A stretch of DNA of 63,754 nucleotides, filler included, from Hyphochytrium catenoides (Eukaryota; Protista; Hyphochytriomycota), in the NCBI GenBank assembly GCA_900088475.1. It is 9 parts of 9 records of this genome, joined end to end, with 100 filler letters (N's around TTAATTAATTAA, not from the genome) between each part and the next. Parts side by side here need not be neighbours in the genome. Positions count along the whole stretch, not along the records: positions 27,519 to 51,173 come from FLMG01003828.1; 8 more parts are not named here. One strand, written 5' to 3'. The number at the start of each line of letters is the position of its first letter. Positions within the stretch are counted from its first letter, which is position 1. Positions 34,895 to 46,489 of this stretch are shown here, in pieces. A model generated the notes under the pieces. The model did not search any database and had not been told where the DNA came from. It saw only the letters and a list, made by a program, of their open reading frames with translations. The position numbers and the translations under genes were made by a program.

Positions 34895-37800
34895 GATTGG
34901 GATGTTGGTGTTCCTTTATTGGAAGTTTGGCTGCTTCTCTGCTGCTTAGTTGAGGTCTTCGCTGGAAATTTGGAAATAAGCCTTTTGAGGCTAGAGGTCC
35001 TGCCAGCTGCAGACGGTAAGCGAGCGCCTTAGAGAGATGGAAACGTTCTAACTCAGTGATAAACAGGTTGGCGGGCCAGGGCAAGCTGCTATCCCTGCAC
35101 TGCTTCTGGAAGACAAAGAAGGAAAAGGGCGAGAGCAAATTAGGGGCGGCGGGGCAGTGACCATGGTCTCAGGATTCGCTATTTCTTGGTAGGTACTTCC
35201 CGTTTCCTGGAACATCCTCAGCATCTCAAGCAGCGAAACAGTGAATAATAGGCCGTGGTGTCCTTAGAAGATCTCCTTAGATCTCTTGGAAAGAGGAGCA
35301 TTGAAGTGATGGCTGCAAGATCCACTGCAACAGCGTATCGCCTCGTACCTAGTCCAGCTGGTGCTATTTTTAATAATAGTTCTAAGCAGCCCAGTCATGG
35401 CATAACCACAATGCCATAGATGACACTCCGTAGCCGTGGAATAAACCTCCTCTTCCTCGGTTTGGAGACATCTCAGCAAGTGTTACGAACGAAGCATGCT
35501 AAACGTGGCGCTGGTGCGTTTGTTCTCCCGACTCCTGATGCTGGGAGTCAGAAAGCCAAGAAGGAATGGGGGAGTAGTAGTTCTAAGACTTTTAGGTTCC
35601 TCACGACAGCAGAATAACATTGAGCGACAAGCCTCGAGTAGGAAGCCAGCTGGTCTCTCACTAGTGCGGGCAATAGCGTTATAAATCATACGGAGTAATA
35701 GTAGAACTAAATAATAGGAGAAATCTAGCGGAACAGAGCTTCACAGTCTTCCTTGTACAGGCTTATTTTATTTACTAGTTCCACTGGTTGACTAGTAGTA
35801 GAAGTAGTAAGTTGAGACTAATAATAAAGAAGAAACGACAGGTTTCTGATTCTGATTAACGACGCTCCTCGTTGGTTTTTCTCCTGCTGTTACTAGGGTT
35901 ACCTGTCCCTGTTGGCTAGAGTTCCACGTCAACACAGTGAACCCTTAATAATCACTATTAACCGAAAGAAGGAAGAAAAAGAAGGAACCAAGAGTTAGGA
36001 AGTCTTGCTGGTCTCTAGTGCTGTTTTCGCTGTAGAAGGTGCTTGTGCACCACAAAGATCTCTGTGATGAGTCGATTCTCATAACTTTCCTATGACGCTC
36101 TCAACATTTTGATCCTTATCAGTCAGCACTGCTACTCTTCAGTGATAGTTCTACTGTCCCTTGAATAATGGGGAAGCAGGCCAGTTCGAGCGGACCCTAA
36201 GATGTAGAACTACTAATGAAGCATCATTCTATTCATCCCCGTTTATGAGTCCCATCACGCTCACAGTCATAGTCACAGTGATAGAAAGGCAAAGACGTAT
36301 GAGGTTTGAGCGATGATGATATTCTAGCACATCACGTGCGGCTCGTTCAGTCATTTCCTATGCTCTTCATCCGGCGTTTATGACACGGCCTATGCTGGCG
36401 GTAGAACCAGAACTGACAGGATTGAGACAGGCTTCCTTCTTGAGTGGATGACCTGGGTGAGCCATAACGGAATTTTCCTGCTCCATACTAGGGGTTCTAT
36501 GAGGTTTGTCCCTGAGAAACATCAGAGGTCGCGAGAGATGATACTCTACTCCAGGCGATAAAAAAGAGTATGGCACTACTATGCTGATGCTGTGCCTCTT
36601 CTCTGGCCAGGTTGAAGATGTTGCTGTCGTAATAGCAATGACCGCGTGGCCTTCTTGCTTCTATGAGGCATCATAGATGATGATGACAGAGGATACCGAG
36701 CACTCCTTCAACTCCCTGGCACAGCAAGCAGGACAGGCTTTTGTTGAATGTCGCGAGAGCAACAATAGTGGGAGGACGGGAAGGGACTTCCAGCAGGAGA
36801 CAACCATGACGAAAGAGCTTCTTATGGAAATGTATGTATTGCTTATAGTTCTAATAAGTGCTTGCTTGTTGTTGGCCCGCCCCTGTCACTAGCGAGAACA
36901 GTACGATGCTTTAAAAAGCGTGTGGTCATCGCTGAGACCATGCCGCTCTTTGACAGTTTATCTCTGAAGTAAAAGAGACTCAGCATCATCATCTTCTTCT
37001 TGAAGACGATGCAATAGTAGTGAGAGAGAGTGGGCTTGGTATTCTATAGACTTAAATTTTATGCGAGGAGTCCTCGTTCTCCAAGGACAACCCGTCTCAA
37101 CACTCGTACAAAGATTGCAACATGGAAGCAGAGCCATCGCCGTCGATGCGTTGCTGGAGGGAAGACGCAGACCTATGAGCATGATTCCACGTGTGTTTCA
37201 ATCCTGCAAGTAGCCCCTAGCCTTCCACCAGGCAGGAGAACCACCCAGCAGGAGTACAATATTCTATAACCGGCCACCACTGATGTCAAACCGTGGGCTT
37301 AGTTAACCCTTAGCAGCGACGAATGGTCGGCTTACACCTTCTCCTACCTTCGTCACTCACTCTTCATCAGAGGTATTCTTCCTTCTTGAAGGTGGTCGCA
37401 GTCGACGGCGGAGGATCCGCCCTCCGATGTACGATTCGTCGCCCTCTGCGTAAGCATTAAGTCAATAGCTGGTGCCCTTAAAACGTACAGCGCGCAAGGT
37501 CTGCGCAACGAAGCTGAGCACCAGGAAACGCGCAGAGAAGAGCTAGCATAAACCCATAAACTATGTAAATGCATTCATTATAAAGAAAAGACGTGCACTC
37601 CACCCCGTGTATCCCCAAGTGCTCTCAAGCGGCATTACGCCTTCTGCAGAGATCCAGCGCCGTCCAACCACCTAAAGAACAGGGAGGTAGGTAAACTAGC
37701 GGAGAAGGAAGGGGGGAAAGCAGCGAAAGCTCCGGACGAGCATGCATGCGCGCATCATCTCCTGCAGTGACAATCTCCTGGGAACTGTTCTAGGAAGAAG

Positions 37801-38819
37801 CCATGGAGCAGCAGCGTAGCAACGAAATAAGCAAAGTAGAGATAAGGTGGTGGCAAGAAGGGCTACGAAGACGGGAAGTCCAGACAAGACTGACGCCACA
37901 GGTGGAAGTCGATGGCAGAAGATGAGGTAGTTAAATGACAGTGGGAGAAGCTTTGACCCTAAGGCAGCAACATGCGGCAGAAGGCAAGTTTAACGGCTGA
38001 ATAAGGAGGAGATCGAAGTGTCACGGCGGAGAAGAGCCATCGTAGGACAGGCTGCTTTGTCAATGCAATAGACAATAGCGCTGACAGCAGCGATAGGAGG
38101 TACACACTGTCGCATATCGGGTAGTAACTTTCTTAAGAGAGGAAGAGAGAGACAAGAGAGACAAGAAGATGGATAACAATATAAGACAAGCAGAGCGGCT
38201 CTTTTCCCCCAGCACCTTGCAGCACCAAGCAGAAGAAGCGGAGATAACAAAGGCTCACGACAGAACAGCATCGCCGGGGACGTAACATAGACTGTAGGAG
38301 AGGAGTCCTAGAGAGCGTCATTCCACTGGTAGGAGGCTCAAACGACACAAGCGAGAATAGGGAGAGGTAATGGAGAGAAGAGAGATCCGATACAACGACG
38401 CCAGCTGAGTCTGACACATCATAATGAGCTTAACCTAGCAGATGATATTATATCAACCCCACGAATCCCTTCCGCAAGAACGAGGTGACAAATGTAACCT
38501 CTCTGAAAGAAGCCTCCCGCTTATACAGCAGCCATCAATCAATATTATGTAGGCACACAAGGAGAAGAAAGGATCATCCTGGACATTGTTTGGCACCAAG
38601 CAACAAATAGAGCGCATTCTCCCTCTTTCTGATTTTCCTCCTCAGCAGGGAGCTGCTGATTGCCAGAGCTAGCTAGGTTTGTGACCAGCGGACGCGGTGC
38701 TTATCGAGAAGGATTAGGGTGCAGCTCAGATAAGGAAGACGCAGGCCTGTTTGGGTTGTGCCTGCATGACTACACTCTTTCTGGCCTTAGCCGACGCCAA
38801 CTCGCTGCTCTAACAACAC

Positions 38820-39900
38820 AAGTGTGTGCTAAAGAGCAGATTCTCTATTATACTCTTGGTCATGATGTCCGCCGCCCTTTGTTGGCACAATGAAGATGAG
38901 GAGTTTGCTGTTGTCAGTCTATTTTTGGCGAAGTTTAGCAACAAACTTTGCAGGCTTCCAGTATCCAACCCTGTTATTAGGGGGAACACGCAAGAGGCAG
39001 GCGTGAGCCTCTGTCGGGATGTGATCTATGTCAGGAAAGGAGCTACGACGACAGCCCGAGTCCTCTCCGTCTTCGCTCTCTCCGATATGGAAGATATTCT
39101 ACCCGGCCGTCATAGAAAGACAAGTCAAGAATCCTTCACTCGTTGGGGCAGAAGACAGGAAGACAGTTTCTTCTCTTCTCCTCACCTTCAAAAGTTCCGC
39201 TTGGTTGGTCTTTCCCAAGGCTTCTGCAAGGTACAAATCTGTCGGCACGCACTCATGGGATGAAGATTAGCTGCACTCTGGTTGGCCCATCACCACTAAC
39301 TTAGGAGGTGCTTGGCTATTAGTTGAAGGGCCCATTTCCGTCGCCTTCTGTTTCCTGAGAGTAAGCGGATTGGCGGTAGGCGCATTGCCGCCCATGACGA
39401 CCTTTGCAAGGTCTGGCCTCATAGCTGTTGCTTCTGCGCTAATAACAGGCCATGAACAGTTAGGCTCTTGGTGGCCACGTAGCCTTATTACTCTTCTTAG
39501 AAAATATATCAGGTGGCATTCCTTACCGTTGCTCGCTCAAAAGGTGAGAAAAGTATAGTTCCTCTCAATGAGTCTCCTTTCTGCACAGGCAACAATGAAA
39601 TCGTTGAAGCTGTTTTTGTTCTTGGGCTGCCTGTCATCCTCCGCCGAACTGGTCTGTCCCTTCTCCGACTCGCCTCGAACGTTGTCTGTCACGACGAGAA
39701 TGACGGACTCCCAGCGGTTCGCCCGTGTCAGACTTAAGACTACTAAGGAGAGAAGATGAGAGCAGAGGTCATTGCGTCGGAAGAGGTGAAGAGCACTATC
39801 TGTTGTCCATAAATGTCAGATCCATTGCAAGGCTCAGTCTCACACACTCTATGCCAGCAATGGCGTGAGTACACTGTCGCTTGTATAGGCGCAGAACCGG
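38820..39900 (-). pseudogene. Oligopeptidase B (prolyl oligopeptidase S9A, PtrB-like) pseudogene, C-terminal catalytic half
   Basis: Manual translation gives collinear S9A motifs: NVRGESEKG, KNKNSFNDFIVACAERRLIERNYT (about 39600), MRPDLAKVV (about 39415) and NNRVGYWKPAKFVAKLRQK*TDN...GGGH (about 38960). In-frame stops at 39537-39539 and 38919-38921. Confidence 0.8.
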
Positions 39901-40030
39901 CAGCTTGAGACAGGCTGAGACACGGTCTGCTTATCACTAGCGCATAGACCCGGCCATTAGGCAACCGGTAGTAGACTGCCTCACTATTCTCGCCTACTTC
40001 TTCCTCCTCAGACGATCGGAGTACTGCCTG

Positions 40031-40779
40031 ATGGGGGCAGAGACCCACTCTTGCGGTTTTAGAATCAGCGACCTACGGCTTTGGGACCGTGTCGGTAGAC
40101 CGTGCAGAGATAGCGCTAGGGCAGAGGCAGTCTCTATCGATCTACGCGGCGGCAAGAATGACCAAATTGGGAGAGGGTCTCATCGTCGCTTACGGAAGTC
40201 GGGCCATTCGACTCTGTGTCCTGTCAAGGCAGGATGTCTGTTGAAGGCGGTACATTCGGCCTGGGGTCATATAGGCGAGCGGGAGTTAGCAAGAGGACCA
40301 TCAGGATTCGCTGTTACCGCGGAGGACGTGGCCAAGCTGGTGAAGCAAGCGGCAGCAGCCTGCGGACACCCACCCGAGCGGTATTCAACACACTCTCTGA
40401 GGGTAGGAGGCGCCACTGCGTTAATGAACGGTCAGGCAGGCGATCTAACTATCAAGTTCTTGGGACGCTGGCACTCCGACGCTTACTACCAAGGCTACCG
40501 GGCATATCAACCTGTGCAAACGGCGGAAGGCACGGCGGCTAGAATGGTAGGGCCCAAGCAGGCAGGAGGCACTACTCAACAAACTACGCTAAACGCACTC
40601 ACAACCAAATGCTACGACAACCTACTCTTTGAGGGCCAAGAGCCTCCTTCCGCTTGCCTGCTAGGCGGCAAGGAGAGCTCCCAGGCTAGTAATGTCAAGC
40701 GCCAGTTTGATTCCCCCAGCCAGAGGCTTAACTTTCATCTGCATGCTCTTTCACGCTCATCCTGGTGAGCAGAAGGAAA
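40031..40779 (+). mobile_element. DIRS/Ngaro-type tyrosine-recombinase retrotransposon 3' fragment (YR C-terminus plus terminal repeat)
   Basis: GGKNDQIGRG, LCPV, YSTHSLRVGGATAL and IKFLGRWHSDAY are YR catalytic motifs. The first catalytic Arg, RT and RNase H are absent. 40634-40779 recurs at 50634-50785. Confidence 0.85.
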
Positions 40780-40995
40780 TTGTTATTACTGAAGAGATCA
40801 ATTATGATTCTTCCTTCCACTGATGACGAGTATGGAGGAGATCAAGTTGAGGAGGAAGAGACCAAGGTGTCATAGCCTTACTTGTTTCCTTTCTTCTTCC
40901 TCTTTTTCTTCTTCTTCTTCTTCTTCTTCTCCTTCTTCCCTTCTTCTTCCTCTTCTTCTTCTTCTTTCTTCATCTTTTACTTCTTCTTAGTAGAT
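40780..40995 (+). mobile_element. Non-LTR retroposon 3' end, copy 3 (inverted relative to copy 2)
   Basis: Reverse-complement match to 32488-32668 (GTTATTACTGAAGAGATCAATTATGATTC...GAGGAGGAAGAGACCAAGG...(TTC)n TTAGTAGA). Confidence 0.85.
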
Positions 40996-42318
40996 CATAG
41001 AATAATAACAACAAAGTAATAAAAATTCTTCTCGGGCTCGTCTTCAAAAGAATATGAAGAAAGAAGAGAGAGAAAGAGATCGCAGTCAAAAGCTGGAGGA
41101 AGAGAAGGAAGGCAATAGTGAATCAGAGAACAAGAAAGGTGAGCCGGTAGAGCTTCTCTGACAGCACTGTAGAGCCCGTCCACGGTCTAATATTCTCAGT
41201 TGACACTCTTTCTTCCTCTCCAAACTTCATTCACGACCTTTTTGTTATTCAGATGATGCACTGCTTTCCCCTTGCCTATGCTGAGGTCTGTCAGTCTATC
41301 ACTTCCCGCGCGGCTTTCCTCTCGGAATAAACCTACAAGAGTCGCTCGCTCTTTATTCTTGTGAGGCGGAGGCTTCAAGGGTATAGTACGGCTTCTGTTC
41401 AACGAAGAGGAAGACAAGAAGAGCAAGTCCATGTTCCGTCTCTCCCTGGGTCATCGCCCACTCGTGGTAGTAGTGTACGGCCAAAAAAAGTGCAAGTCAG
41501 CAAAAAGAGACGCTCGTTCTCTCAATCATTTGGAGACAAAAAAAATGAAGTGCCATTCACCAATCTCTTCACCCTCTGACCTTCAGGTCTCTAAACATGG
41601 GACCAATGCTAAGCTCTTTATCTAGTGACGGCGCTGAAGCCTCGATGAAAAGTGAGGCGGCGCCGGACCCGTAGCGGGAGGATTGCGAAAGGAGTGAAGG
41701 AGAGCTGACGAGCTAGACGGAACAATAAATGGTTCACAGAGAATACTACACTGAGCCTGAGTGAAGAGAGAGAGGAAGGAGAGAGAGAGAGCCACAGGGG
41801 GAGAAGAGAGACCACTAGGGAGAGAGAAAGAAAGAGAGAGAGAGAAAGGAGAGTAAATAGCCATAAGAAGAACGAAGTAACAAGAGCAGGAGAAGGGGGC
41901 TTAGTTAAACGTGGCTTCTCTTCTGCCGTGATGTGTTAGGATTACATTTGCAATGCTGAAATGAGAGAGAAAAGACTGGGATTTGTTAGTTGCGGAGTCG
42001 GGCAAAGGAAGAGTTTCACTTCCTCTTAGGACGTTATGCTGAAAGAGAAAAAACATGAGAGAAGCTGCTGTTGGTTGCAAGTCCAAGAGAAAATAGTCCA
42101 AGGTTCCTCCTCGCGTTCTGATGATGGGAGACTCTTCAAAGACAAGATGAAGACAATCAAAAGATAGAGAGACAGGGAGAGGAAGACAACAAGCAACCAA
42201 GTGTAGAAAGAGCTATTGACAAGGAGAAGACATCATGGCGGTGGGGGAGGAGGAGCGGAGCAGAGTAGAAAGAGACGGAGAGAGAGAGAGGGCGAAAGAG
42301 CGGCTGCCGTTATCTTGG

Positions 42319-42735
42319 CTAGAACTTGTACAGTTTGATGTCCTGCTTCGTAGAGCAGTCCGTCGAAAGCTCAGCATTTGTTGTCCCTGGGTTGCCCACC
42401 TTGAGCATGTCATGGTCTATCGGACTGGGACCAAAGAATTTCTTGGCAGGGTTCCAGGCAGATTGAAAGGCGATGGTGACTCCCAAGAGATAGTTGGTGT
42501 CATCCTTGGAGAGAGAGGTGCAGCTGAGCTTCACATACATGCGCTCATACATTGCCTGCACTCTCTCTCGCTTTATCTCGTCCTTGTCTATAATCTTAGC
42601 TATAGCCTCGGCGATGCTCTGTCGCAAGGTGAGAGCAGGGATCGCAGTGTTCTCTTGAAAGAGCTTAGCAAGGTTCGGCGCCAAAATCTTCTTGGCAACA
42701 TTGAAAGACCACTTAAAGTATAAAGACTGAGGCAT
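42319..42735 (-). CDS. Unassigned coding-like exon or gene remnant (138 aa)
   Basis: Non-repetitive open frame followed by a CT-rich intron-like tract. No family recognised. Confidence 0.3.
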   Translation of the reverse strand: MPQSLYFKWSFNVAKKILAPNLAKLFQENTAIPALTLRQSIAEAIAKIIDKDEIKRERVQAMYERMYVKLSCTSLSKDDTNYLLGVTIAFQSAWNPAKKFFGPSPIDHDMLKVGNPGTTNAELSTDCSTKQDIKLYKF

Positions 42736-44987
42736 CGTGGAGCAGGATTCATGCTTGTTCCACTCATATTGGAGGAAGACTCTTCAGGCTTGCTGCTGGT
42801 ATTTGGCCAATATATGGATGCGGTAGACGCAAAGGCACCGTCAACGACTTCTGCTTCTCTTTGCTTTATCATAGGGATTGGCGTTCTCCTCAGTGCAGTC
42901 ATGGGAATACTTCTCCTGCTTCTGGACTATCTCACTTTCACTATAGGAAGGCCATGAAGCACCAGCAGTTCATTCCAGCGCTTGTCTTTCCTCACGCAAT
43001 CTCCCGCCTGGTTTGTCACGTGGCAGTGTTTTGGAATCAATACAGGGCAAGGCTGGACACAGAGAAGGGCGCGGCTGGTGGACAACTCGTTCCCTGCTCT
43101 GTTAATAGTCTCGGTTTCTCCTGCTGCAGTGCTCGCCCACAGCTGGCCTGGTTGGAGTATATAATGCAGCAAAGACAGAAGAGAAGAGAAGAAGAGGAGA
43201 AGGCGGCAGACATCTTTCGATGCGCTATCATCACGAGGAGGGTAAAACGATGAAGGACATTGGAGTCCTAACACTTTTCTTTCTGTTCTGCTGGATAGCT
43301 TGGCCCGTTTTCGGGTACTGAGGCAGTTGACAATTGATAATAAGCTCTTCTTGCAATGATGCCTGAGGCTTGAAAGGGACGAAGCTTTGGGTTGTGGTGG
43401 CGCCGAGTGAGACTGAGACTCGTCAAGAAACGACTAAGCTCCGGAGGAGTAAACGTGCCGCCCGCTGCTAAACCAGGTTAGCGGCATATGACTAATCCGC
43501 TTCGAGGCGTTCTACTAACAGCAGGAAGTGTCCAGAGCTCCAACTACTGGAAGAACAGATCACCCGAAAGGAAAGTGGCAATCAATTACGTTCATAAAAC
43601 CCTAACCCTAAGCACGGAGCAAGCAGCAAGTAGTGGGCACGAAGTGTGAAGATGAGGGTACGAGCAGCAACTGCCAACCTAACCTAAGGATTCTTAATAG
43701 AGGAACAAGAAGCAGAAGCAGAAGACCGCCCCGCACAGCCAAAAGGAGATGTCCTCGTAAACCGACTGTCAGAATTAGCCCGGTACATGCAGAGTTCCCA
43801 AGGTTCTGGACTCTGGTCTGCAGCCTTAGACTTTCAAGCCAGCCGCCCCGCGGCACCGTCCATATCACCACTAGATCATCATCAACAACAACTAACCACC
43901 TCCGACTGCCCACCACAAATCTCACTGGTAAGAGCAAAGGTCTCTAGTCTCAAAGTAAAGAGCGCGAAGGGAACTCCACCTGCAAAACGGCATCCCCGCC
44001 CATAGAAGACGCATTATTGTTCCTCTTTCTCCCTGGGGAATAAGTATGGAGTAGTAGGTAAAACATCACCGTCCACGTCTGTTCATTGAGGGCAATCTAT
44101 CTTTTACTGCAGTCAATCAACATGCTCCATTTTTCCTCACTACACAGTAGTGCGACCCTATAAAGAATGCTGTTCATTTTTGCTGTTTATATCTATGACC
44201 GTTCACCGGGTGGAGTTTATCTACAACCCTTGCAACACTTGTATGGCGGCTGTCCCTGGCCGTACAGTTCTTGTGAACCTGGCTCTTTATTAGGCATACT
44301 ATGTATGTAATTCTCGCAACCTCTCACCAGGAAATAAAAATGGGCAGCATCTCGACCTGCCCCTCCTCTTGATGTTTGTCCATCCGAAGTCCCATCGTCA
44401 TTATTCAATACGTACTGCTCCTAGGAACCCAGGCTCGGACCTAGAAATGAAGTTTAGCCCTTGCCCTTAAGGTCAAAGGGCGAGAAAGACGAAGATATAT
44501 AGAACTATGACTGTTGTTTATCGAGAGACGGGAGAAAGAGTCTGTTCGCCCATCAAGGTTGAATTTCTAACAGGAAGTGCATTGTCTCGTCCTCTTCGCG
44601 CAAGCGCTGCTGGTGTCTTCGGGTTCCTCTGAGGAAAACTGCTGCGCTACTGTTTGTCAAGCAGCTCAATCCATTATTTACCAGACCATGCTATTTTGCA
44701 AAAAGAATGAAGCATTGCTGGTTCTGCTGTCCTAGTATTTTCCTCTGCTGTGACAGCATTTTTCCTGTACTTCTACCGCTCCAGTGTTTGCCACCACTAG
44801 ATGATGGTGAGAAAGTCCGTGGACAACAGACAACAATCTACCTACCTGTAGCTGAAAGTAAGATTCAATCCTATTTTCCGAGGAAGACGGTACTCAACTT
44901 TTATTGTTGCAGATATGCGGCCATTTCAGAGACAGGCACCATATCCCTTCTTATTATGACCGGACGTCCGGTGTCTGCAGGTGATAG

Positions 44988-46448
44988 CGCATAAAATTCT
45001 GCTGTCTGGGTGTTCAAGCAAGTAAGACGCAAGTGCACGTGTGCACCAGCCTGAGCAATAATACAAGTAGTTCTCCCATTGATTTGAATTCTTCTTGTAG
45101 ATCTTTTGGCTATTATTATAAGACTATGACTACTACTATGCTACTATGAGAGAAGAGTAGAAGACGAAGGGAATGAGAAGAGAGAAGAGCAGCTAAGAAG
45201 ACTAGGTCTATTCAACACCCTCACCACCTCTACCATCACTGTCATTATCAGAAAAAGAAGAGTCATAATTGAACTCCTCCGCGATAATAACCAGGAGGGG
45301 AAGGAGGTTGAGAAAGGAGAAGTTAATTTTATAGAAGGCTGGTGAAGGAGGTTCTACGCGTGACCCGCGAGTTGAAGAAACCAAGAGTGACTTTGTAGCT
45401 CTTGGCTTCTTATGTTTATAGTGAGAAAACAGAAGGAGCAGTAGTAGTAGTAGTCATAGTAACCTAATTTTATTATCAAAAAAAGAACAGCAAACTGTCT
45501 CTTAGTTAGACTATTCTGCAGTTTCCGTGCCTGCAAGCACTGGAGATGTTGTCTTTATAGAAAAGATGTGGTTGGGTCTGGGCAAAAAAAAGGTCGTGAA
45601 AAGAGACAGGCAAGAAGATAAAAAGGTGCGTCTAGAATGGGAAAGAAAAGGCGGAGGACAAAGATTAGATCTTGACTATCACCAGCACACTGGAGGACAG
45701 AGGAGGTTTTCGCCTTTCTCCATATTTTTTGTGGCTGAAGAAGAAAAAGTGTCGTGGAAAGAGACGAACAAGGGGATAAAGTTTGCGTCTAGAATGGAGA
45801 AGAACTGACGGCTCTATCGTCGCCTTCTTCCTTCTACGCCTGCATTGATGCATATGCTGCGCGAAAAGCCCATAATAACAACAGCACACGACGACAGCTG
45901 TTTCGCATAGGAAAAGGAAGCAATAGAGAAGGGTAGCGAAAAGAAAATGAGTAGAGGGAATACCGAGAGTTGAAGGGCTGCCAACATCCAATTAACCCGC
46001 CAAGCAACAGAGACCCTCTTAAGTGCCTTCTCGCTTTATATATGGCCAAAGCACACAATCTGTTTGCTTTGCCTATTAGTGACCTGTAAGAATCAGTAGT
46101 GCTCGGACTGACTTGTTCCTCGTTTCTTTCGTCAGTGGTAGGTGGCGGTGCGACCAACAACCAGTCAAGGATGGTCTCCCCTCTCTTTATCGATCAACCC
46201 ATCCAAGACAGAGGCAATAAGGGCTGATAGCAGATGTCATCACTTTCCAATTCGCGGAGCAGAGTTCACAACGACGGTGAGGAGATAGAAGAGAAACAGA
46301 CGTCAAGAACACAGAGTCAATATACAACGAGCAGAACCTAACAAATCACCATCTTCCATCTACACGAACAACTCCATAGACGCATAAAGTTCTGCTGTCT
46401 GGGTGTTCAAGCAAGTAAGACGCAAGTGCGCCAGCCTGAGCAATAATA
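44988..46448 (+). repeat. Dispersed direct repeat of about 70 bp (44988-45063 and 46381-46448)
   Basis: CGCATAAA.TTCTGCTGTCTGGGTGTTCAAGCAAGTAAGACGCAAGTGC...CCAGCCTGAGCAATAATA occurs in both places. The first copy has a short extra insert. Confidence 0.9.
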
Positions 46449-46489
46449 GCAGAAGAAAGGTTGATAACATTTCTGCATCATCATCACTC

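Noticed and set aside
36958-37182. CTSVETGCPWR as a MuDR DNA-binding remnant
   Set aside because: One short motif, with no DDE domain or terminal inverted repeats found.
40031-40768. Phage integrase or prophage
   Set aside because: There are no phage genes. The HSLRxGGA/GRW motif style and the split repeats fit DIRS/Ngaro retroelements.
41200-43700. Fanzor/TnpB locus suggested by the structured flank
   Set aside because: No RuvC or zinc-finger motifs were recognisable in the neighbouring frames.
46403-46489. GTG start of the 381-aa ORF
   Set aside because: It lies inside a duplicated non-coding repeat. The ATG at 46490 gives a proper signal peptide.
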